A stretch of 63,249 bases of DNA, the filler included, from Phoronis australis (Eukaryota > Animalia > Phoronida), in NCBI GenBank assembly GCA_002633005.1. It is 7 parts of 7 records of this genome, joined end to end, with 100 filler letters (N's around TTAATTAATTAA, not from the genome) between each part and the next. Parts side by side here need not be neighbours in the genome. Positions count along the whole stretch, not along the records: positions 37,410 to 57,136 come from NMRA01000570.1; 6 more parts are not named here. The stretch is one strand, 5' to 3'. This document shows, piece by piece, positions 38,352-50,406 of this stretch. The notes below the pieces were generated by a model. It ran no database searches. It was not told the origin of the DNA and was given only the letters and a program-made list of their open reading frames with translations. Within the stretch, counting starts at the first letter, position 1; each line of letters starts with the position of its first letter. The position numbers and the translations under genes were made by a program.

Positions 38352-39343
38352 TAATAAAAAACTTGGCCAGTGTTAAAAGCACGTGGCCAGAATGCGCGCA
38401 CTACGTATAGTCGGGAACTGTCCATTTATGAAACGGGCAGCATGTAGAAATGAACATTGGCACTAATTTCCGACAGTTTCTGATGCCATAAAAATGTTTG
38501 AGTTAATTTTAAGAGGGATTGTTTGATTAATCATGGGTGTTTTTAAGCCAAATATCCAATAAAATGACCACTGACAGTGAAAGCTTACACACCCTTACAC
38601 TGTCGAATAGTCACGTACGCATCCAGCCACACGGCGACTAATAGGCCTTACCGAGATAAATGTCAAACGTTTTTAGCGCATGAGACCAGCAAGTGCTGAA
38701 TAAAACACATTCTGCTTTATGCCTAGTGCTTTTGCTAATTTCTTTAGGTACAATGCACATCTAGCTCGTTGGATTGCGCTTACTCTGGCAAATGAACTCT
38801 GGTGACACACACGCGCTCGCTCACTCACACAGGCAGATGAACTTCAAAACAAACGTATCATGACAACAACATGTGTGTTCGTCCAGAGATTTTTTTCGTG
38901 TTGCCCGATCATAGATGGCACGATGTAGCACAAATTTATACTTAACCTGTCGTTAATCCCGACTTCACGGTAACTAAAAAATCTTAGGGACGCTATTTGG
39001 AAAAATGCAGGAGGATTTCAGGTAATTTGCTCGAGTTGAAACTATTTTTATTCAAGCATTCCAGTTGCCATAACAACGTTTGCGAGGCAGTCATTCAGCG
39101 AGTTTCGCCCTGGGATTTTAGCAAATTTTTCTGTAAAATGATTGTAATCTAACTGCAAAGTTTGATAGCAATGCTTCACATTTTTGTAGAAAGTCTGTCA
39201 TAGGTTACAGATACGGCACAGAGCGTAAATATGATGAATCTTAGCTTCCGATTTCACCCGTTTTGGAGTACAGGTTTCAACCGCTAGGGTTACAATAAGC
39301 GCCTCCTCTGAAACGAATTTTTCTAAGCGCCCTGAGCGGTAAT
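38352..39343. mobile_element. Second, truncated copy of the CCGTA-type element at 26950-28221
   Basis: Colinear similarity (GCACGTGGCCAGAA, GCTTACACACCCTTACAC, TTTCGCCCTGGGATTT); ends in TAAGCGCCCTGAGCGGTAAT, a partial right TIR. Confidence 0.65.
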
Positions 39344-42300
39344 GTCAAACAGAGGTTTCTGCATTTGTCAGAACTGCAGCAAACACCTGATGCCAGCAAA
39401 TACAAAGACAAAAATATGTTCTTGTGATTTTGGTTGCATAATGACCAGGCTATATTACACGTGATTTACAATACAAACCTACGAATAGATGTACTCTACC
39501 TTCGTAACCGGTTCGGAACTAAAGGAATAATTTGATTCAAAATGTACTTGGACAACTTCTCTACACCATGGTGTTGACACATAATTGAAATAATTTCCAA
39601 GTAAAACAACTTGCCTCACTGTGGTCCTCAATTTAATATAAAACATGCTACACCTTGTGAGAATACACCAATCAGATCAAAGGTGCAGAACACATTCTCA
39701 GTATGGTAGCAGGCAATTAACGTTACTAGAACATGTTTGCCTCTGGTAACTTCCAGTACAAACACGTGAATTTTGCGGAACGTTTGTGACAGTGTCCTTC
39801 AGTAAGCATTCCTGAAGGATGCCAGTTATTACAAAACTGCAGTACAGCTCAAAATAAACAATTGTGTTGAACGTTAAAGAGCAAGGCAGATAATAAAATG
39901 TACTCTGTCTTTACCTGAGAAACCAGCTTTTAGATTCAAATTCTAGAGAAAATTAAACACCACTTTAGCTAAAAAACAACGAACAAGTCAATGGATGATA
40001 TTTGTGCACCAAACCAATGTTCATCAAAAGCAAGTCTATAATAAGCCAGGTAGACACCCGATACAAGATGTGCATTCTGATCAAACTCCCAGGCATTGCA
40101 GTCGCAGCAGAAGTCATTGACGTGCCTTCACCAAGGTCGTCAACCATCAGTACTTCTTCTGGAGGAGGAATCAACTCTCTTACAGTTGACTAGTATGTCC
40201 TGTGACAGGAACTACAAATGCCTAAAAACAAACAAGTGATTGAACTTATAATATCCGAGTTGGAACTAGACATTAATAGGGCACAATAAGGATACTTTAA
40301 TCCATGCAGTCAACAGAACAAAAAGCAGACATTTCTGTACAGAGCCTCATATTAATTCTAGTCATTCAATTATATTAACCAAACTGCTACAAGCACTTAG
40401 GCAAAATTCCAGTGAAGTGTAATGGCAACTGAAAAATAATTGTAAGTCAAGAACTGAATTTATATCCACCATAAGAGAATTAGATATATGAGCTAGTGAT
40501 TTATTGCAGAATTCGACCAGACTGCACATCTACTACCACAATGGGGGTTCTACAAAAAACGGACACGGGAGTGCGTCCATAGTAATACCCCAGCTGATGG
40601 AAAATGGGTACCCAAGAAATGTCAATCACATAACAACACCCAAGACAGTATCAACTTATTCAATACTTGCTAAGGAAGTGATAATCTGGCCAACTACAAA
40701 TAATGCTATGTTTTTCAGTGTGTTCTGAAACAAACTAGTCAGCTGAGTAGGCTGAACATCTGTAATAAACCCTCATACAAGAGAGCCGTCATGCCCCTTG
40801 ATGAATGGTTTAGACTCTCGGCTCACACATGCAACCTACGTTCAAGTCCCAATGTCAGAGAAATTTTCTTCATTGGTGCCTAACAACAGTAGAAGCCACA
40901 AGATAGAACGCCGGTCACTTTTCTCTGGGCAGTCCTGCGTTATGCTCCAGACCAGAGACGTGGCAGTTTCAAGGGGGCATGTGGTACTAATGTCAAAGGT
41001 CATGGGCTCGTGGACAAGGCATTCTTAATATTACATATATTGAAACAATAAACCGGGCAATTTACTGCAGTACGAACAATTATGACATGATTTAAAAGTC
41101 AATAAAGGTTTGCTATTGTCTTACCTGAGGCATAAGGAATGTGTACACCGTAGAGCCTAAACGCGTCTCTAGCCATGACATGGTTAATAGGCCGGCATAC
41201 GTGGGATTTCGTGGTCTTTTTTGTTTTCCTTAGATGTTCTGGATACTGGAAATTTCTGCTTGAGCGAAAGTCAGTAGAAAACAGCATACGATGCTTAGGA
41301 CATATGATCGTTTGTTATCACAGGCTGGCCAGTTCCTTTGTCTACCACACTCCCATTCGTGCCCGATTGCCAATCAGCTCCCATTCTTTCAAGTGATCAG
41401 GTGCGTTGACGCTTTTCAAGTAATTCACAATATCTAGGTTGCAGGTAAAAGTTCTTTCTCAATATTCACAACTTTTGAAATAGTCGTAGAGAATTCAAAG
41501 AACGAGCATTGAATCGGCGGCTCGTAATTAAGCCACCGCTATTTTACTTCAGATCGCAACCTATTTTTGTGAACCTCATTCCATTTCTTGGCTAAATGTC
41601 AATAATGCAATGTTTCGATAAGAAAACGCTCGAACCAATTCTTGTTATGTTGAATAAAAGTTTTTGTCATCTTTTCATACCAATTCACTTCCAATTTGGA
41701 TTATATTTTTCATGTTTTCTGCTTTGCCGCCCTCTATTGGTGGCAATATGATGTGAAAGTGGTGAAAGTGTCTTCCGTATAGTGTAAATTACAGAATCAA
41801 AAAAGGTGATGTCCACGGAAATAAAAATATCGTGTCGAAGACAAGAGGTGAAGCTTGCACAGAAGTTCTCATACAGTGACTCTTAATATAAACTTTGACC
41901 CGGAAGGCTCAGTTTTCACCTTTATAACACGAGTATATCTCTCTCAACACCTCCCAGGTCAGGAATGTATTTTAACAATCCACAAGGTACTTAACAAAAC
42001 ATACCTTTCTCAGAAACTGTTGAAAAACACGGTCCTATCAAATATAAAGTCGTTGTTCCGCACTATTGGATTTATAATTATTTTGTTTTGAAGTAAGTGG
42101 TCAATAGTTTCTTCCCAAGCTTAGGGTGTAACACCACCAACAATTATCGTAAACTTGTGTGAAGCCCTCCTCGCTAGAACCGGATATTTTTTTGTAAGCA
42201 CCCGTGCCCGTTTTGAATTTAGACGTTTAATATCACAGCAGTTGCGGTGAATCAGAAGTTTGGTCAATCGCATTATACGAAGCGTTTTTGAGCAGTTGAT

Positions 42301-43016
42301 GGTTTGGATGTTGGCATCGGAAACAGGATGCTATCTCTGTAAGGAAAATTATACAACCGCAAATCCACAGTTGAAACTCTCGCGTATACTCTCCGGGTCG
42401 CAAGCTCTAACAATGGAATACATGAGTCACGTACAGCAGTTGTCATTACAGGATTGAGACTCCACACATTGGAAAACTTAAAACTGCACTTACCTTGTTT
42501 AAGTGTCTGAAAGAAAATCGAATCATGACTTATATTTTAATGAAATCGGTCCTATAGTTTTATGTATTATTCAGATCATAAAACTCTAGCCCTCGAATGC
42601 CAAACTACAATATATGCACGTGACTTGTATTCTATTGTTAGAGCTTGCCACCCCGTGACTAGCCGCGAGAGTTAACACTCTGAATTTCCAGTTGTCTGCT
42701 CGACTGAGTTTTAACCGAGTTTTGTAGTTGTCAAATCATTCCATTGCTTCATTTTCACTTTGTTGTTTTTGTTTATCAAGCGAAACCCTTGGGACACAGT
42801 TTAAGTCAAATTTCCGGCAAAATTAGTCAACAAACCCTACAGTTACATATTATACACAACGACCTTGCTGGAAGCGGGGGTATTTTATGAAAGAGGTGAC
42901 ATTAGGTTTAGCTTGAGTGTTTGTTTTGCAATTACAAATTAAGTTTAGGCCCTGCTTACAGGTGTCATTACGTAATTCCGGTAAAAATACTAGCAATTGC
43001 GCAGCTAAGTCTGTGC

Positions 43017-43100
43017 ATGTGTGTGTTTGCGTGCGTGTGCGTGTGTGTGTGCGCGCTCGTATGTGTGTGTTTGCGTGTACGCGTGCGCGTGTGTGTGTAC
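43017..43100. repeat. Compound (GT)n/(GC)n microsatellite
   Basis: Alternating purine-pyrimidine tract; explains four overlapping low-complexity ORFs. Confidence 0.9.
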
Positions 43101-43391
43101 ACTTAAGAGCGTTTTCATTTGTTGAAACTGTGTACTTGCCAACGGTAAGTTCACTATTAGGTAGTCTTCCGTCGTCGCCCAAAAACCAAACATTTAACTT
43201 CAGCGTTTTTTTTGCACTGAGAAAACACCGAATATTATATTCGCATCATTAAGGAAAAGTAGGCCCATGCATAATAAGCGCGTTGGTCAATGAAGAATTT
43301 CTTTTCTGACCAATCTTTGTCAATCGTGCACAGCGTTGCAGATATCATACAAGAAACAAACTTGATGGAAAAGATTTCCAAAGTTACATGT

Positions 43392-44221
43392 CACTATTCC
43401 GAAGGTTCAATACTCCGTAGATGAACTACGCTGAAGGTTTACTACTCCGAAGGTTTGTTACCTACGAAATTTCAGTACTTCGAATATCCATAATTCCGAA
43501 ACCAGAATTCAGACAGTTCCTTACTCGGATTGCCTGACACGAATAAAGTATTGTATTTGGGAGTTCAGTAGTTCTTAAAACATTGATTATATTGTTTACA
43601 GATTAATGAGCTCAGTTCCAATGACTGCCAATCGTGATTTTTGAATCTAACTATCGACTCATTCCCAAGCAGTGACAACATGTGAAGTACAGATTAGGGC
43701 TGACTTCGTGAGTACTGTCAGGGACTGAACTACTAAGCTACATTTAGCTTCGCCATACCGTGCACCTACTTGTAGTTCTGTTGGGTGGGGCTGAGGCGCA
43801 GAGGCCATGGAATTTTCAGTTGCGTTGTGAATATATCTAATCGTGACATGAATTTCTTGAATGTGTCGTTGTTGATAACTCATCCATCAAATTCCTACTT
43901 CGTATTTTTGAGAAAATGTAAGTGCTGTACGTACTCATTTTCCCGTATTCGTAAGTCCTGCAGGCAATTTCATATGCGCATGAAATTCATACAAAGTGGT
44001 TTAGTATCCGGTGTGGTTTCCGGTATACGTCAACCACTCAGTGCAGCCTTATAACCTAAGTGTCGTTATTTTTTCATTAAACCGTATATAATTGAATTAC
44101 ATCTGAAGCCGTAAATTTATGTGTTTTCAGTGTGGTGAACCATCAGATTACTGAAACTTCGAAATAGCGAACTTTGGGAATAATGAGCGTTAGGAGTTAG
44201 CGAACCTTCGGATCGTAGTGG
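43392..44221. mobile_element. Putative MITE with repeated TCCGAAGG subterminal units
   Basis: Left CACTATTCCGAAGGTTC repeats are mirrored by GAACCTTCGGATCGTAGTG and related units at 44155-44220; degenerate. Confidence 0.45.
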
Positions 44222-46451
44222 GCTTGATAAGTAACTCGCAAAACTACAAAAAAAAAATATTTCTTCAAGTCGTTCTCTGACTAAATCTTTCCCTCCCAGT
44301 ATGAATTATTGAGGTGTAATTACTCATTAAAGAACGCCTGATTTTAAAGTTTGGCACGACTGAAGTAACGCGAGGACGTCCTCTCTCTGGACCACATTAA
44401 AAATACCTCCAATTTTGAGTCCCGTTCTTTGCGAACAACCATTACGACATCCTCATTTCTCGTATTCCGAATTCCGTCTCATCTCCGAACACATATGTAC
44501 ACCCGAGAGTCATCATTATGTGTACATATTTCTCTTCCCTTTAACTAAGCTGCCTGAAGTAGACATCCATGTTCGGTAACAGCAGGAATTCATTACCTGG
44601 AAAGAACAACTAGCTTAACTGCCCATTTCAGTCTCCTTCCCCAGACTAAATCCAGCAATACGATCAAATTGACACACATTTACGTATCTCAGTGGAACTG
44701 GAAACAGCTAGTGAAGCAGAAACTCCTAAAACGTCCAGTCTTTTAATCGAACGGAAATTACGACTACGTCACATGGAAGACTGTAATAGCATACGGTAAT
44801 GTGTCAATTTCTTTGTTCGTCAAATAGCGGGGAATTTTGACTGAGTGAGGGGAAGGCGATAAAAATATCAAAAAGTGGGACAGTTCTCCAAGCCCGGGAC
44901 AATCTACGAGTACTCTATACGCAGTCAGCAACATAAAGTATTGAAATGGGTTACCAGGTAAACTTACCTTCGTTTTCAAATTTCATTTCACGGGTTTAGC
45001 TATATGCTACAAATGGCATTACTGATCAGGAATCGAATTAAAAAATCCACCACCACAGACATTTGCACAAATGAATTATGAGAAATAATACGCAAATAAC
45101 CATAACCACATATACAAAGTTTTAAAAACAGAGATTAAAAGCGAGTTTGACCATAGGCATTAACGGTGCAGCAGAGTCTGTCGGATGTATAGTTACTGCA
45201 CAAAGAAAAGTCAAACAGACAAGCAGTGCGATCACATTCTGTTTCTAAATAAAGACAACGAGTAAAAAAAACAAGAAAGGGTTAATGCATGTGTACGTAT
45301 TATGACCCCACAGAGTATGAGTTCAGTCGAGTATGCTTTTACAAAAACTCAGGCCTATGTTGCTTTAAGTGCATATTCCACGTAGAAAACTGCGCATTTT
45401 ATGTGAACGAACTTTCGTCCATCACTAAAATAGCCTAAATAAGAGAAGCAAACATGATAAGTTATCGCCAGACTGGACTTGTCCGCTCAAACGTGTTGAG
45501 CAAGTACATGTACACGTAGGCATATCTTTTGTCTTCGAAATTGCTAATGTCATGAATACCGCGGTGACACTCGTTTTCTTGGCTGCAATTTGTGTAAGTA
45601 CAACGCATGCGTCGTTCATTTGTGTGTGTCGGTAAGGGTTAAATACTGTTCGTCTTTTTGATTTTGTTGACAATAGTAAACAAATTTATTCTAGACTGAG
45701 GCATCGTTCCAACTTTCACCGTTAATGTCTTGAGACCCCTGCTACCAGTGACATGTTTGTAACAAACTGTTTTCAATATGCAGCTCGGCAGTTGTATTAA
45801 CTAACCTAACACATGCTTAATCCAAGCGGCATTGCTCTAAATTGTGAATTAGATTGACATGTATCTAAATATGCACGTTTAATCGCCTCAGTTTAAGGTT
45901 TTGTTGTAATCAATTCTCAAAAGAATGTTTGGAGTTTTGTAGTAGAATTATACATAACGTTAACGTAGTATATCAACTTCCCGGCAATGCCGTTTTGAAG
46001 GTTTCGTGTTTCAACGAAGACAGAAATTTCTTGGCAAGCGTCCAAATCAGATATCTTTAATTTACAGGTTCGCAAAGGGAAAGTTGTGCGTCTGCCCATA
46101 GAACAAAAAATTCAATAAACGTAAATTTAATATTTTGTAAGAAGTCAAGTTGTCTTGTTGAACCATTTTCATTGAAATCATTAATGTTAAATAAAACCAA
46201 TTTTAATCAAAATCTCTGATGGCAGACTGCAATCACTTCTGTTTCCAGATCTGTCAGGGCAAACCTATTTCAAAAAGACAAGCTGATGACATAGTCGGTA
46301 AGCAAACGTGAGCAACTGATCTGTTTATGGTAGGGAGTGACGTCATTTACACAGAGGATTGTGGGATTACAATCAAGCCGAAAAGCACTTGCAGAAGGTA
46401 GACAGCCAGATTTTGGAGTTCACTACATGTAAAAATTTGGAACTTTAAACG

Positions 46452-47397
46452 CATAGGCGGATTTAGGGGGGGGAGGGCCCAGGGGGCCCGGCCCCCCCCC
46501 CCCTTGGCTGCCGCAAAAAAATAAAACAGTAAGAACGTAGGGAAATGTTGAGTTTATTAATTAACCCCGGTAATTAAAATTATACGGATGAAAAAAGATT
46601 TAAATGTGTGCAGTTTTAGTGTTGAGGGGGGGGGGCTCAAATCCAATTTCAAGTGTCAAATTCGGAACATGGCGCATTCGTAACGGAACTATCATAAATG
46701 GCTAAATATAGGCTCTCCTGTGACATCCCAGGCGACCGGCAGTGGCGCTGCCCACTACGACTCCGTTTCCGTCGTCTGCTCCACTGTGTAAGGAAGAAAA
46801 TTTACTTCATTTTTTAAAGAAAATGGAACCTGAGTGACGATGAAAAAACAGAAGCTGCTGGTAAGATGTGAATTTTAATCGAAGCCTTAGTGAATCACTC
46901 AGAAACTCGCAATACTGTCTTTGCCAAACTTTATCTTAAGACGATTTCCAAAGCAATCCCGTCATTATTGCCAACACGAAAAACGGATTTGGTCTTTTTG
47001 GCATTTGAAGACTATTTTTAATACGACAAATTTGTTAGGAATCGATGGCACAAAATATAAAACGTGTAATAAGCATTACAAAAAGAAGTAGGTTTCGCGC
47101 GCAAACGCTGTGGACCATAAACAAGTAGGTCTCTCAGTATGATACTAGTAGTGTAATCGTGGTGGCGTAGTGGTAACGCACGCGTGCACCATTCTCCAGG
47201 TCGTGAGTTCAAGTCTTTCAAATTTGCAGTTTTTCATTTTTGACACTTTCTCCGTTTTTTTGTTTTTTTTTTGTTATTTGTTTGTTTTTTTTTGCCTTTT
47301 TTTCTTGCGCATCTACAATCGTGGTTCAGTTTGCGCAAATGCTTACAGCCGGACAGAATGTTGGTCCCCCCCTTGTGATATCCTAGATTCGCCACTG
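46452..47397 (+). mobile_element. hAT-like MITE, complete, with apparent 5-bp TSD
   Basis: Imperfect 16-bp TIRs CATAGGCGGATTTAGG / CCTAGATTCGCCACTG with G/C-run subterminals; AAACG on both flanks; second copy at 30913. Confidence 0.75.
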
Positions 47398-50179
47398 AAA
47401 CGTCACAAGTTGTTTACTATATGTGCATGGAATATTCAGTGACGTCATTCAGTACACCATGTACTGCTTAAAGATGCACACTTTGACAAAGTAGCGATTA
47501 TTTATGTAGCGTATTACTTTAATGAAAGGTCGTATAAAAGTGAAAACAAACAATAACTTCAGTAGGTTTTTGAGATTGCATAACTAATATTTGGATCAAA
47601 CGATATAATATGGCCATGATATTGATATTGTTCAATTGTTATGATTGCCTGTCTCTTTTCAGCTAAAAGGCATCAGTTTATTTAGACGATGTCATTTCAG
47701 AAAACATTTAAATTATTTTTGAGTTAGAAATTTCGTGGATATTGACTGAGTTTTTTCCTAACCTTAACATCATTTTTAGGAGCAAAAGGTCCAGTTGTTC
47801 ATATAGATACGAGTTATCCGGTTACATCTATTCAATATCAACTACAGTTTACAGGTCCAGTTATTAATTGATACATGTACGAGATAAGTGGTTAAATCTA
47901 TCTAGTATCAACAACAGCTTACAGAGCGGAAAGTTGTAAAATGCGTGGCACTTTCTGTATTCTGGGTTAAAAGGCTAAGCTTCCAGTGAATCAGTGATAT
48001 TGAAAGCATGGTACGCATCGATTTTGCGACACGCGAGAATGCCAATGCCTTTTATTTTATCAATATTCTTGTGTTTGTCTATCTGTCAATGTACAGTGGA
48101 GTTCTATAGTATTCATTTATTTAATTTCAAGAACGCATGCGTAAGCGGTGTTTTGGCCCAACCTCTACCCCCCCTATAGGGAACAGAGCCTGTTGCGTGC
48201 TAGTGAGAGTCACAAGGGCCTCAATGGTCGATGACGAATGTTTTTACAATGCAAAGTATCTAGATACATGTAGCTTCACATTCCTGAGCAGTACTCTACA
48301 ACAATGGAGACTGTATACACAAAAATGTTAGGGAAAAAGATTTAAATTTGTGCAATTTGTGCTATTTACTGTACCTATGTGAGTTCTAGCTGGTTACAAC
48401 ATGCCCTAAAACACTGGCTTGTGTAATATTTCTGTTTTGAGTCAATTTTTTTGCTCAAGCGCGTGTCATATATTTAAAAGGAGTTTTAAGGCAACGGCAA
48501 GTTGTAACAATTTCAACAAACTGCGTGCAGTCACACTCATGACTTGTTGAGATTTTGTGTAGAATCTGTCGTGAAATCTGCAATGCTAACGGTAACATCG
48601 CAGGACGAAGTAAACAAAATGCTTATACAATCCACAGAAATCGACCCGCGAAATTTGTTCTTTAAAAGTACAAGTATGAATTACTTATAATTAATATGAT
48701 ATTTATTGGAACATTTATATTTCTGTGGTTCGTACGCATGAGTTTGTGCTCTTTAAGATACATGATTCCTACCAAAACCTATAAGGGTTCAATGGTAAAA
48801 AAATGTATGATGATGTGGTACAAGACTCTGGTTATGTGGTGCAGGACTATGATTATCCGATAACTGATGCATTATTTTGAATCATTCGCTTTAATGTAAA
48901 AATATGGAAACAGTTCAAGCAACTTATGTAAGAAATCAAATCTTTGGCTTTGTCCCTAAACCCCAAAGCAATAAAGAATTATTTTAAAATACGTATAATG
49001 ACGTCAACAGCTAGTTGACAATCACGGTTGTTGATTGCGATATGAAAAGGTTTTAGGGGCCGCATTCCTGATGTACACAGCTCCACTTCGGGTAAAATTA
49101 GGCCTAGCATGGTATGCTAGCACGAATTACATGTATGTTCCACTTAAAACGCGTGATTATTTTCCTTCAAAGCAATCTATATCCGCTAATATAACTTTAT
49201 TCCAGGTTATTGTACTACAGGATGGAATAAATGGCAGGATAGATGCTACATACTAAAGCAATCCACGGTAGGCTCTTTGAACTGAACAATCAAAAATACA
49301 GATTAAAGTTGTTGTACATGTATGTAGTTCTGAACGAAATGAAATATTCTCACCTAAAGCACGCTAAGCACTTATGTAGTCATCGACTTGGTTTTATCTT
49401 GATCTCCACTTAGTTTAGAAGTCATCTTCTATGTCGGGACGAATTGATATCAGACCGACCAAATTTCAGGTCTTTGTATGACCTGAGGTTTGATCAGCCA
49501 CACCTTGTTCAAAATCATGGGATCTTGTGCTACTTCGTACCCAGTTTATAAATGACCTAAGTCAAGTGCTATTCAAGGAACATGTTGACTGAAGAAGGTT
49601 TTTGAAAGGACAAACGTCAGACGTCTCAGAATTGAGTGTCTATTTTGCAGAAACAATGGTCGTCTGCTGAATTTGACTGCAATCAAAATGGCGGTTATCT
49701 GGTTAGTGTTGATTCGTAAGAGAACCAAGAATATGTGAACAGGTTGTTGGGTGGTAGAAGCATAAGGTGGGTTCATGAACTAGTGAACGCATATCAGACG
49801 TTAACACAATAGATAAAGGATGTTGTTAAAATTAGGACCACGGATACATTACGTCTACTTCTGAAGGCATAATAACCTGAATTCTATGTTACCATGTTCA
49901 TGCTGCCTCGAAATGAACACCCAACAGAAATAGACAGGCAAGAGTTCGCTGAGAGCGTTCAGATTAATTTTAGATTGAGTTTCATGCTTACACTGTTGGC
50001 AATATGGGGTTTTTCGGTTAAGTTTAAAGTTTATGTTAAACACGATTCCATTTGATGTCGCATATTTCTCATTTTGCTTGGTGTGATAATGCAGGTGAAA
50101 CTGGACGATAATACACAGTACCAGCAGTTGTTTACAGGCGACAGTAGTCCTCAAGATTCGAACGACCTGTACACAAAGC

Positions 50180-50356
50180 TGTAACGAATTACGGTTAACT
50201 CGTAGATTTTAACTAATAAAACATCACTTTATTATATCATGACCTCATGGTCTGAGACAGGAAGTTGATGACAACAGGAAGTAGCTCTGACTAAACTATC
50301 ATTACGACTAAAGTCCAATACTCCGAATAAAACGTGTAATCGAACATCACGTCACA
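50180..50356 (-). repeat. 3' LTR
   Basis: Matches 54557-54733 except at 3 positions seen by eye; polypurine tract adjacent. Confidence 0.97.
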
Positions 50357-50406
50357 TCCTTCCCTTTCTGAACTGAAAGCTTATCTAAAGTCTCTGAACT
50401 AGAAAA

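Noticed and set aside
42850-43252. CV- and HT-rich ORFs (also 4..234)
   Set aside because: Translations of GT/CA microsatellites.
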